A stretch of DNA of 64,000 nucleotides from an uncultured Acidobacteriota bacterium (GTDB lineage Bacteria > Acidobacteriota > UBA6911), in the NCBI GenBank assembly GCA_963843575.1, contig CAWJKZ010000013.1, positions 288,001-352,000 on the forward strand. Direction: 5' to 3'. A program made the translations under genes and the position numbers. The first letter of the stretch is position 1. Each line of letters begins with the position of its first letter. The notes under the pieces are model-generated. The model did not search any database, was not told the DNA's origin, and worked only from the letters and a program-made list of their open reading frames with translations. Shown piece after piece: positions 9,037 to 18,678 of this stretch.

Positions 9037-10644
9037 ATGGCCTCCAGGCTCCAAGTCGCTCTCGCCGGCCTCCTGCTCTCCGGTCTCGCCTCGGGCGCGT
9101 CGCGGCGCGACGTCGCGGGGCTCAAGACGCGCCCCGAACGCACCGGCTACGCCGAGACCAGCCGCTATGACGACGTCAACGAGTATCTCAAGGCCGTCTC
9201 CGCAGCCTCGCCCCGCATTCGCCTGACCTCGTTCGGCTATTCGTTCGAGGGGCGGCCGCTTCCGCTGGCCGTTGTCGGAAAGACCGCGGACACGCGGCCC
9301 GAGTCGATCGCCGCGACTGGCAAGACGCGGGTCTACATCCAGGCGAACATCCACGCGGGCGAGGTGGAGGGCAAGGAGGCCATGCTCGAGCTTCTGCGCT
9401 CCGTCGCCTCGGGCGAGCACGCCGCATGGCTGGACTCGATGGTGCTCCTCGTTGCCCCGGTCTTCAACGCGGACGGCAATGAGCGGGTGAACCTGGCCAA
9501 CCGGCCCGCGCAGCATGGACCCGTCGGCGGGATGGGGCAGCGCGCGAATGCGCAGGACTACGACCTGAACCGCGACCACGTCAAGCTCGACTCGCCCGAG
9601 GCCCGCTCACTCGCCGACCTGCTCAACCGCTACGACCCGCACCTGACGATCGACCTGCACACGACCGACGGAACGCGGCACGCCTATCACCTGACCTACG
9701 AACCTCCGCTGCACCCGAACACGGACCCCGGGATCGTGGATTTTCTGCGGAAGGACCTCCTGCCGGAAGTCACGCGCGTCCTCAAGGACAGGGAGGGGTG
9801 GGATCTCTACTATTACGGCAATGTTCCGGGACGGAACTCCAGGCTGGAGCGCGCCTGGTACACGTCGGAGCCCCACCCGCGCTTCAACAACAACTACATC
9901 GGGTTGAGAAACCGGCCGGCCATCCTCAGCGAAGCCTACGCCTACCTCACGTTCGAGGAGCGCATCCGCGTCACGCGGCGGTTTGTCGAGGAGATATTGA
10001 ATTACGTGCAGATTCACGGTGAGCGACTGAGGCAACTGGTCCGCGAGGCGGATGTGCTGTCGGTCGTCGGACGGGAACTTGCCGTGCGCGCCGACCTGGA
10101 GCGGTCACCCGCTCCGGTCCGCATCCTGATGGGCGAGACCACGGAGGAACGGAATCCCTATACGGGCGCGGTAATGCTGCGCCGGCTCGACGTCAGGAGA
10201 CCGGAGATGATGCCCGAGTTCGGCACCTTCCGGGCGGCGGAGACCGTGCGTGCGCCGCGTGCCTACCTCGTCCCCGCGCGGCTGGCGCGGGTCGTCGATC
10301 GGCTGCAGGCCCACGGCATCCGGTTCACGCGACTCGCGAAGGCGGTCGTGTGGCCCGTGGAGCGGTTCCGCATCACCCGATCCGCCGTGGCGGAGCGCCC
10401 GTACCAGGGACACTACCAGAGGACGCTCGAAGGGGTGTGGGAGCCTCCCGGCGAGCAGCAGCTGCCGGCCGGCACGCTCGTAGTCCAGGTGGCGCAACCG
10501 CTCGGCCGCCTGGCGTTTTCCTTGCTGGAACCCCGTTCCGAAGACGGACTGCCCACGTGGAATTTCATGGACGACGAGCTCAAAGAGAACCAGGACTTTT
10601 ATCCGGTGTTCCGGATGCACGGCGAGCTGCCGGCTCCCCGTTGA
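9037..10644 (+). CDS. Exported M14 family metallocarboxypeptidase
   Basis: IHAGEVEGKE, NADG, DLNRD and DLH motifs; signal peptide. Confidence 0.9.
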   Translation: MASRLQVALAGLLLSGLASGASRRDVAGLKTRPERTGYAETSRYDDVNEYLKAVSAASPRIRLTSFGYSFEGRPLPLAVVGKTADTRPESIAATGKTRVYIQANIHAGEVEGKEAMLELLRSVASGEHAAWLDSMVLLVAPVFNADGNERVNLANRPAQHGPVGGMGQRANAQDYDLNRDHVKLDSPEARSLADLLNRYDPHLTIDLHTTDGTRHAYHLTYEPPLHPNTDPGIVDFLRKDLLPEVTRVLKDREGWDLYYYGNVPGRNSRLERAWYTSEPHPRFNNNYIGLRNRPAILSEAYAYLTFEERIRVTRRFVEEILNYVQIHGERLRQLVREADVLSVVGRELAVRADLERSPAPVRILMGETTEERNPYTGAVMLRRLDVRRPEMMPEFGTFRAAETVRAPRAYLVPARLARVVDRLQAHGIRFTRLAKAVVWPVERFRITRSAVAERPYQGHYQRTLEGVWEPPGEQQLPAGTLVVQVAQPLGRLAFSLLEPRSEDGLPTWNFMDDELKENQDFYPVFRMHGELPAPR

Positions 10645-10668
10645 GCCGTGCCGCTGAAAGGAGAGAGT

Positions 10669-10977
10669 ATGTTGATCGTACACGTCCACGTTCGTGTCAA
10701 GCCCGACCGGGTTGCGGACTTCATTGCCGCCTCGGTTGAGAACGCGTCGCACAGCGTCGAGGAGCCGGGCATAGCCCGCTTCGACGTGGTGCAGCAGAGC
10801 GACGATCCATCCCGTTTCGTGCTGGTGGAAGTGTACCGGACGGCGCAGGACCCCGCTCGCCACAAGGAAACGAACCACTACCAGCGCTGGCGCGACGCCG
10901 TCGCGAACATGATGCAGGAGCCGCGCACCAGCGTGAAATACACCAACATGTTCCCCGACGAGAAGGGGTGGGGCTAG
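10669..10977 (+). CDS. Antibiotic biosynthesis monooxygenase (LsrG/quinol monooxygenase-like) family protein
   Basis: [30 protein letters not shown] pattern. Confidence 0.85.
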   Translation: MLIVHVHVRVKPDRVADFIAASVENASHSVEEPGIARFDVVQQSDDPSRFVLVEVYRTAQDPARHKETNHYQRWRDAVANMMQEPRTSVKYTNMFPDEKGWG

Positions 10978-10982
10978 ACACC

Positions 10983-12143
10983 ATGCAATTCGAGTTCGCA
11001 ACCGCGACGCGCATTCTGTTCGGCCCGGGGCGCCTGCGGGAGACCGCCCCCCTTGTCGCAGGGATGGGGCGCCGGGCCCTGCTGGTGACCGGAGGTTCGA
11101 CCACAGCCGCGGGAAGCCTCGAATCCGGTCTGCACGATGCAGGCGTCGAGAGCCAACGCTACTCCGTTTCCGTCGAACCCACGATCGAAATGATCGTCGA
11201 GGCGACGCGGCTGGCGCGTGCCGCCGGGACCGAGGTCGTGATCTCGATGGGAGGGGGGAGCGCGATCGACGCGGGCAAGGCTGTGGCTGCCCTGCTGGCC
11301 AACGGCGGCGACCTGCTCGACTACGTCGAAGTGATCGGGGCCGGCAAGAATATCGCGAGGCCGTCGGTTCCCTACGTCGCGATCCCGACCACCGCGGGGA
11401 CCGGCTCCGAAGTGACCCGCAACGCCGTCCTCGCATCCCCGGCCCACCGCGTCAAGGTGAGCCTGCGCAGCCCGCTCATGCTGGCCCGTCTCGCCGTGGT
11501 GGACCCTGAACTGACCAAGACGGTGCCCCCTCCCGTCACGGCGAGCACCGGACTCGACGCCCTCACGCAGCTCATCGAACCCTACGTCTGCAACGCGCCC
11601 AACCCGCTGACGGATGCGCTCTGCCGGGAGGGGATCGGCCGCGTCGCCCGTTCACTAAGGTGCGCGTACGGTGACGGCGCCGACATGGCAGCCCGGGAAG
11701 ACATGGCGCTCGCCAGCCTCTTCGGCGGCTTCGCCCTCGCCAACGCGCGACTCGGTGCCGTGCACGGTCTGGCCGCCCCCCTCGGAGGGATGTTTCCGGC
11801 CCCGCACGGCGCCGTGTGCGCGCGCCTGCTCCCGCTGGTGCTGCGGACCAACGTCCAGGCGCTCGATGCGCGGGCGCCCGGATCGTCGGCACTCCGGCGG
11901 TACAGGGAAGTCGCGCAGATCCTCACTGGGGACGACCGCGCAGCCGCCGAGGACGGCGCGACCTGGGTCGCGCGCCTTTGCGCGGACCTCGAGATCGCGC
12001 CGTTGTCCGATTACGGGCTGAGCGAAGCTGAAATCCCCGCCGTCGTCGGACAGTCCAGGAAAGCCAGCAGCATGAAGGGAAACCCGATCCCCCTTACCGA
12101 CGAGGAGATTGCCGGTATCCTGCGGCACAGCCTCGTTCCGTGA
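10983..12143 (+). CDS. Iron-containing alcohol dehydrogenase
   Basis: GGGSAIDAGK, IPTTAGTGSE, GLDALTQ, VHGLA and PHG motifs. Confidence 0.92.
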   Translation: MQFEFATATRILFGPGRLRETAPLVAGMGRRALLVTGGSTTAAGSLESGLHDAGVESQRYSVSVEPTIEMIVEATRLARAAGTEVVISMGGGSAIDAGKAVAALLANGGDLLDYVEVIGAGKNIARPSVPYVAIPTTAGTGSEVTRNAVLASPAHRVKVSLRSPLMLARLAVVDPELTKTVPPPVTASTGLDALTQLIEPYVCNAPNPLTDALCREGIGRVARSLRCAYGDGADMAAREDMALASLFGGFALANARLGAVHGLAAPLGGMFPAPHGAVCARLLPLVLRTNVQALDARAPGSSALRRYREVAQILTGDDRAAAEDGATWVARLCADLEIAPLSDYGLSEAEIPAVVGQSRKASSMKGNPIPLTDEEIAGILRHSLVP

Positions 12144-12180
12144 GCTGTCGGATCCGCTGCGATTTCGTATGGAGCCATCC

Positions 12181-14169
12181 ATGCCGAACGTTCTCGAACT
12201 TCTCCGACTCACCCCGTCGCCACAGTCCGTCGACTATGTGACAGGCAAGCAGCAGTTCCACCTGTTCAACCTGCTGACCGAACAGCGGCACCCTCGCACC
12301 TGGAACCTGAGTTCGACGATCCAGTCCGACGTCGAGGTCGGCCTGCGGCTGCTTTTGTCGGTCGACGAGGACATCTCCCGGAGGTTTGCGGAGCTGGCCC
12401 GCGATCCCCGGGACCTGGAGCGGGCGGCCGCGGCCGTCGCCGACGCCCTCCGGAGCGGGCGCCGGATCTACGTCTACGGCTGCGGCGCCACCGGCAGGCT
12501 GGCGAAGCAGATGGAGAGCACCTTCTGGCGCCCGTTCTGGGCCGGGCTGCAGCATCATCCCCTGTGGTCCCGGCTGCGGCCGAAACTGCCCGCCAATGTC
12601 GGAGAGCTTCTCGTGGGCGAAATGACAGGAGCCGACCGCGCCCTCGTCAGCTCCCTCGAAGGCTTCGAGGACCTCCAACTGATCGGCAGGCTGCAGCTGG
12701 CCGATCACGGCATCGCCAGGGGTGACGTCGTGATTTGCGTGACCGAAGGGGGGGAAACTTCCTCGGTGATCGGGACGGCGCTGGCCGCGCTCGACCAGTA
12801 TGGGCCGCTGGACGACTCGGTTCGCGAGGAGGCCCGCAGACACCTGTATTTCGTCTACAACAACCCGGACGACGTGCTGCGGCCATTTCACCGCAGCGCG
12901 GCCGTGATCGACAACCCGGCGATCACTAAGATCAACCTGACGACCGGGCCCCAGGCGATCACAGGGTCCACCCGCCTGCAGGCTACCACCAGCGAGACGT
13001 TCGTGGTGGGGATCGTCCTGGAGGAAGCCATCGGAAGAGTGCTGGCCGAGACCCTCGAACCCGGTGAATTGCGGGAACTGGGCCTGGAACCGCGCGGGAT
13101 CGCCTCCAGGCTCTGCGATTTCGGCGCCGTCAAGGCCCGCGTCGACGACGCAGCGGCCGCCATGGCCCGGTTCACCGCCCTCGAGGCCGCAACCTATCGC
13201 CGCGGCCGGTTCGCGACCTATTTCGCCAAGACCGCCCTCATCACCGTCTTCATCGACAGCACCGAACGCAGCCCCACGTTCCGGCTGTTCCCCCTCGACA
13301 GGATCGACGACAAGGAGCGCCGCTGCTGGGTCCAGGTCTGGACCGAGGCATCCGATTCCAGCCAGGCATGGCGCACGTTCCTGGGGCGGCCTTTCAAGGG
13401 CCTCCATCCCTCGTCGTACCGCGAACCGTTCGAAACGCTCGTCGACGATCCTTACCTGAAAGAGGCAGCCCTGAAAAGCCTGCAGAACGCGGGCGACGAT
13501 CAGGAAATGCTCTACGATTTCTCCTTCGCGGCGCGAAACCTGACCACGCGCGGCCCGTCCGAGGGCGACCTTGGGGTGCTGGTTCTCGTGGACGGGGAAT
13601 TGAGGGAGATGGAACAGCCGGGCTCGGCCCCGCGACGCTTCCTCGAGCTGTTCCACCGGAAGGGCGGAAACGTGGCCGTGCTCCTCGTCACGGGCCCCGT
13701 ACCGGCCCACTCTACGGGCTCCCTGCAGGCGCTCCTCGGTCCGGGCGACTCGTTCACCCACATCGCACTGGACGAGGGACCGGACCCGCTGACCCTGAAG
13801 CGCCAGATCGCATTGAAAATGATGCTCAACGCCCACTCGACCGGCATTATGGCGGTGCTCGGTCGCGTGGTCGGAAACACCATGACAAACGTCAGCCCCA
13901 GCAACCTGAAGCTGATCGGCCGGGCCACGTACCTGGTCATGACGCACGTGAACGACGCGCTGCCCGGGGCCGTTACATTCGCCGAGGCCAACGCCGTTGT
14001 GATGGATGCGATCGAGTACGTGCGGGCCGAGCAGATGGGGCAGACCGCGGAGGTGGCGTTGAGCATCATCCGGATCGTGGAGGCCGTCCGGCGCGGCGCA
14101 TGCGTGAGCTGGCCGGAGGCGCGGCAGATCCTGGACGCGCAGGGCCTGGCCCAGTTTCTGCGACGCTGA
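12181..14169 (+). CDS. Tandem-SIS protein of the MurQ/glucokinase regulatory protein (GKRP) family
   Basis: [35 protein letters not shown] and [22 protein letters not shown] motifs; about 660 aa. Confidence 0.75.
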   Translation: MPNVLELLRLTPSPQSVDYVTGKQQFHLFNLLTEQRHPRTWNLSSTIQSDVEVGLRLLLSVDEDISRRFAELARDPRDLERAAAAVADALRSGRRIYVYGCGATGRLAKQMESTFWRPFWAGLQHHPLWSRLRPKLPANVGELLVGEMTGADRALVSSLEGFEDLQLIGRLQLADHGIARGDVVICVTEGGETSSVIGTALAALDQYGPLDDSVREEARRHLYFVYNNPDDVLRPFHRSAAVIDNPAITKINLTTGPQAITGSTRLQATTSETFVVGIVLEEAIGRVLAETLEPGELRELGLEPRGIASRLCDFGAVKARVDDAAAAMARFTALEAATYRRGRFATYFAKTALITVFIDSTERSPTFRLFPLDRIDDKERRCWVQVWTEASDSSQAWRTFLGRPFKGLHPSSYREPFETLVDDPYLKEAALKSLQNAGDDQEMLYDFSFAARNLTTRGPSEGDLGVLVLVDGELREMEQPGSAPRRFLELFHRKGGNVAVLLVTGPVPAHSTGSLQALLGPGDSFTHIALDEGPDPLTLKRQIALKMMLNAHSTGIMAVLGRVVGNTMTNVSPSNLKLIGRATYLVMTHVNDALPGAVTFAEANAVVMDAIEYVRAEQMGQTAEVALSIIRIVEAVRRGACVSWPEARQILDAQGLAQFLRR

Positions 14170-14174
14170 TCTGA

Positions 14175-14233
14175 GGCGCGGCGCATGCGTGAGCTGGCAC
14201 GAAGCGCGGCAGATCCTGGACGCACAGGGCTTG
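14175..14233 (+). repeat. 59-bp diverged duplicate of the 3' end of the upstream SIS gene (14090-14148)
   Basis: Direct alignment with five nucleotide differences. Confidence 0.9.
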
Positions 14234-14248
14234 ATCTGGAGTGCGGGG

Positions 14249-16529
14249 CTATTTCTCCCCGCCCGCTCGTGCTTTCTTCTCCTTCTGCTGCACGTCGCAG
14301 ACGGCGAGCGCCGTGATGTTGACGATGTCGCTGACGTCGTTGCCCGGGATAAGCAGATACACCGGTTTGCGGATTCCGAGCAGCATCGGTCCGATGGCCG
14401 TCGCTCCACCCAGTCTGGTCAGCAGCTTGTAGGCGATGTTGGCCGAGGTCAGATCGGGGCAGATCAGGGTGTTGGCGCCCTCCTTCAGCGTACTGAACGG
14501 GTAGAGTTCGTTGACGATGTCCGGCACCACGGCTGTGTCGGCCTGCATTTCGCCGTCGATCACCAGCCCCGGGGCCGCCTTCTTGACCAGGCTCACCGCC
14601 CGCTGCACCTTCTGGGCCAGGGGGTGCGGCGTGCTGCCGAAATTGCTGAACGACAGCAGGGCAATCCGGGGCTCGATGTCGAACTGGCGCACCTTCTCGG
14701 CAGTGAGCAGGGCGATTTCCGCCAGGTCCTCGGCGCTCGGTTCGATGTTGACGGTCGCGTCGCCGATGAAGAAGGTCTGATTCTTGAAGACCAGCATGTA
14801 GAGGCCCGCGATCTTGCTGACCCCGTCCCTCTTGCCGATGATCTGCAACGCCGGGCGGACCGTTTCGGGATAATGCTGGGTTAGCCCGGAAATCGAGGCC
14901 GTCCGCGTCACCGCGCCGCACCATGACCATGCCGAAGATATTGCGCGTCTTCATCTTGCGCTCGGCCTCGAACCGGGTCACGCCCTTGCGCTGACGGTCC
15001 TCGTAGTAGGTCGAGACGTACGATTCGAATTTGTCCGATTCCGCGGGCGCGATCATTTCGACCCCATCGAGGTCGAGCCCCAGGTCTGCAATCTTCTGAC
15101 GGAGCACGGCCTTGTCGCCGAGAAGGATCGGGAGGGCGATCTTCTCGTCCACGAGGATCTGGGCGGCCCGCAGGATCTTTTCCTCGTCCCCTTCCGGGAA
15201 GACGATGCGCTTGGGATGCTGCTGCGCCTTGTGAATGAAGAAGCGCATGACTTCGCGCGACTTGCCCAGCCTGGCCTCGAGCGCGTCGCGGTAGGCCTCG
15301 AAGTCCGCGATCGGCTGCCGGGCGACGCCGGAGTCAATCGCGGCCTTGGCGACTGCGGGCGCCTCCCAGAGCAGCACGCGCGGGTCGAAGGGCTTGGGGA
15401 TGATGTACTGCCGGCCGAACTCGATGCGATTGCCGCCGTAGGCGCGCAAGACGGAATCCGGTACATCCTCCTTGGCCAGGTTCGCGAGGGCGCGCACGGC
15501 GGCGATCTTCATCTGGTCGTTGATGGCCCGGGCGCGCACGTCGAGTGCGCCACGGAAGATGAACGGGAACCCGAGAACGTTGTTCACCTGGTTCGGGTAA
15601 TCCGAGCGGCCGGTGGCGATTATCACGTCGGGACGCGCCTGGGTGGCATCCTCGTAAGTGATCTCCGGGTCCGGGTTGGCCATCGCAAACACGATGGGAT
15701 CGTCCGCCATCGTACGCACCATCTCCCCCGTGACGATTCCCTTTGCGGAGACCCCGCAAAACACATCCGCCCCCTTCAGCGCGTCGGCGAGGGTGCGCGC
15801 CTCGGTGTCCTGCGCGAAATACTCCTTGTAGGGATTCATCCCTTCGCTGCGCCCCTTGAACACGACCCCTTTCGTGTCGACCAGGGTGACGTTCTCGTGC
15901 CTGACCCCGAGCTGCTCGTACAACTTGGCGCAGGCGATGCCAGCCGCGCCGGCTCCGCTGAAGACGACCCGAACCTGCTCGATCTTCTTGCCGACGATCT
16001 CGACGGCGTTCAGGAGGGCAGCCCCGCTGATGATCGCCGTGCCGTGCTGGTCGTCGTGGAACACGGGGATGTTCATCAGGCTCTTGAGCTTTTCTTCGAT
16101 GTAGAAGCACTCCGGGGCCTTGATGTCCTCCAGGTTGATGCCGCCGAACGTGGGTTCGAGCAGCAGGACGGCCTTGATGATGTCGTCCGGGTCGTGGGAG
16201 TTCAGCTCGATATCGAAAACGTCCACGTCGGCGAAGCGCTTGAACAGGACCCCTTTGCCTTCCATGACAGGCTTGCCGGCCAGCGGGCCAATGTCGCCCA
16301 GGCCGAGCACGGCGGTGCCGTTGGACACCACGGCTACCAGGTTCCCCTTCGAGGTGTACAGGTAGGCGTCGTCCGGGTTCGCCGCGATTGCCAGGCACGG
16401 CTCGGCGACCCCGGGAGTGTAGGCCAGCGACAGGTCGCGTTGAGTCTGGCAGGGTTTTGTGGCGACGACTTCGATCTTTCCCCGCCGGCCTTGTGAATGA
16501 TAGTCAAGCGCATCTTGTTTGCGGATCAT
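14249..16529 (-). CDS. maeB: NADP-dependent malic enzyme with PTA-like C-terminal domain; frameshift near 14895
   Basis: [22 protein letters not shown] and [11 protein letters not shown] motifs; C-terminal DGEMQAD and NIAYKL. Confidence 0.95.
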
Positions 16530-16608
16530 GGCGGTATACCTCTCGAGATGGTGGACGAACCAGGGGCAGACAATTCACCATACTCCCTTCGCGCCATCCA
16601 TTTCAATC

Positions 16609-16710
16609 TGGAGTGCGGCGCCTCGGCGCCGCTTTCCCCTTGCGTCCCGCGGCCGAAATTTCCGGCGCCCGGACGCCCCCCCAAGAGACGGCGTCGAGTC
16701 GCCGCACTCC
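16609..16710. repeat. REP-like family A inverted pair in the divergent promoter region
   Basis: TGGAGTGCGGCG...CGCCGCACTCC. Confidence 0.8.
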
Positions 16711-16728
16711 CACGAGTTTCAAACATCC

Positions 16729-16758
16729 TTGACGCGGCCGCCATCGTCAGTTTATGGT
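16729..16758 (+). promoter_or_regulatory. Sigma70-type promoter of the lactate permease gene (very short or no leader)
   Basis: TTGACG followed by TATGGT at canonical spacing, about 9 nt before the ATG. Confidence 0.5.
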
Positions 16759-16767
16759 CGCCAGACC

Positions 16768-18373
16768 ATGTGGCAACAGACCTATACCCCCCTGGCCGGC
16801 AGCCTGGCCCTGTCCACTCTTGTGGCTGCGCTCCCCATCTTCGTTCTCCTGTACCTGCTCGGCGTCCGCCGCACCGCGTCGTGGATGGCTGCGCTCGCCG
16901 GACTCGGGTCGGCAGGCCTGGTCGCCGTGTTCGCGTACGGGATGCCGTTCCGCAACGTCGTCGCATCCGCCGCCTACGGTGGCGCATTCGGGCTCTTCCC
17001 GATCGGCTGGATCGTCTTCTGGGCCATCATCCTGTACCGCATCACGGTCACGACTGGGAAGTTCGAAATCCTGAAGTCGTCGGTCGGGAGCCTGACGGAC
17101 GACCCGCGCCTGCAGGCGCTGCTGATCGCGTTTGCGTTCGGCGCCTTCATCGAGGGGGCTGCCGGATTCGGGACGCCCGTTGCCGTCGCAGCCGCCATGC
17201 TTGCGGGGTTGGGCTTCACGCCGTTCTATGCGGCCGGCATCTGCCTGCTGGCCAACACGGCTCCCGTGGCCTTCGGGTCGATTGGGATTCCCGTCGTCAC
17301 CCTGGCGGGAATCACGGGCCTGAATCTGATGGATCTGAGCGGCGCAGTGGGCCGCATTTGCGCCCCCGTCTCCCTCTTCGTGCCGAGCTATCTCGTGATG
17401 GTCATGAGCGGCTGGAAAGGCGTGGCGCGGCGTAATGCCGGCCGCACTGCTCTGCGGCGGCACCTTTGCCGCTGTCGCAATTCCTGGTTTCCAACTACAT
17501 CGGTCCCCAGCTCACCGACATCATCAGCTCGCTCGCCGCGCTTGGTTCCCTGGTCGTGCTGCTGAGGTTCTGGCGGCCGAAAGAACGTTTCTCGCTGGAA
17601 GGACACCGCCGGATCATCCCGGAACGTCACTCGTTCGCGCAGACGTTCGTGGCGTGGACGCCTTACTTCCTCCTGGTGCTGCTGGTGCTGATCTGGGGGC
17701 AGGAAGGGGTGCGCACGGTGCTGAATCGGGCCACGGTGCAGATCGCGTGGCCCGGCCTGCACAACGAGGTGCTCCGCGCCCAGCCGCTGGTGCCCCAGCC
17801 TTCCCCCTATCCCGCTGTTTTCACGCTGAACTGGCTTTCGGCCGCCGGCTCAGCCTGCATGTTCGCCTGCTTCCTGTCGATGCTCGCGCTGCGGGTGACC
17901 CCGCGCCAGGTTGGCGAAATATTCAAGACCACCGCACGCCAGCTGTTTCTTTCCATGGTCACCATCGCCTCGGTGCTGGCCCTGGCGTTTCTGATGAACT
18001 ATTCGGGGGCGACCGTCACCCTCGGCCTGGCTTTCGCCGCCACCGGCGTCGCTGTTCCCGTTCTTCAGCGCCCTGCTCGGGTGGCTCGGGGTCTTTCTCA
18101 CGGGCAGCGACACTTCCGCCAACGCGCTGTTCGGCAACCTCCAGGTCGTGACGGCCAACCGATTGAACCTCGACGCGGTCCTGATGGCGGCGTCAAACTC
18201 CAGCGGCGGGGTGATGGGGAAGATGATCAGCCTGCAGAGCATCGCGGTCGCGGCCGCCGCGACCGGGATGGCCGCGTCCGAGGAGTCGCGAGTTGTTCCG
18301 CTTCACCCTGCGTCACAGCATCGTGCTCGCCTCCCTGATCGGCCTCATCGTGGTGGCCTACGCCTACCTGTGA
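16768..18373 (+). CDS. lctP: L-lactate permease; frameshifts near 17430, 17475, 18050 and 18290
   Basis: [39 protein letters not shown] and [10 protein letters not shown] across frames. Confidence 0.9.
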
Positions 18374-18374
18374 T

Positions 18375-18627
18375 GGGGACGGACCTGGTTAAATTGATAC
18401 AAATCAGGCGTTTATAGTCGAAATGTGACCCCCCAAACGGCCTTATTTCCATTTTTCGAGGGTATTTTCTGCAAATAAGACCGAAGCGCCGGCATCCCGG
18501 GCCTTGACCCGTCGGAGCGGCGGCTTAAAATGAGTTTTCTGGCCCAAAAAGCTGAAATAAGCCCCGTTTTGGACTGCATCTTTCCCGCAATCTATTGCAG
18601 TACAAAAGATTCGCCGGGTCCGTCCCC
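18375..18627. mobile_element. 253-bp AT-rich palindromic MITE-like element, copy 1
   Basis: Perfect 11-bp TIR GGGGACGGACC/GGTCCGTCCCC; internal inverted repeats; homologous to 33026-33276. Confidence 0.7.
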
Positions 18628-18631
18628 GAGG

Positions 18632-18660
18632 TTGACGCGCACCGCAGCGCACCGTAAAAT
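18632..18660 (+). promoter_or_regulatory. Sigma70 promoter of uvrA
   Basis: TTGACG-N17-TAAAAT, 18 nt upstream of the ATG. Confidence 0.7.
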
Positions 18661-18678
18661 TGTTCGTTTGGCCTCCAC

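Noticed and set aside
13512-14248. Apparent 1005-aa extended malic enzyme
   Set aside because: Read-through caused by the frameshift near 14895; the true C-terminus is in ORF 14249..14911
18628-18678. LexA box upstream of uvrA (and uvrB)
   Set aside because: No convincing GTTC-N7-GTTC, CTGT-N8-ACAG or GAAC-N4-GTTC match
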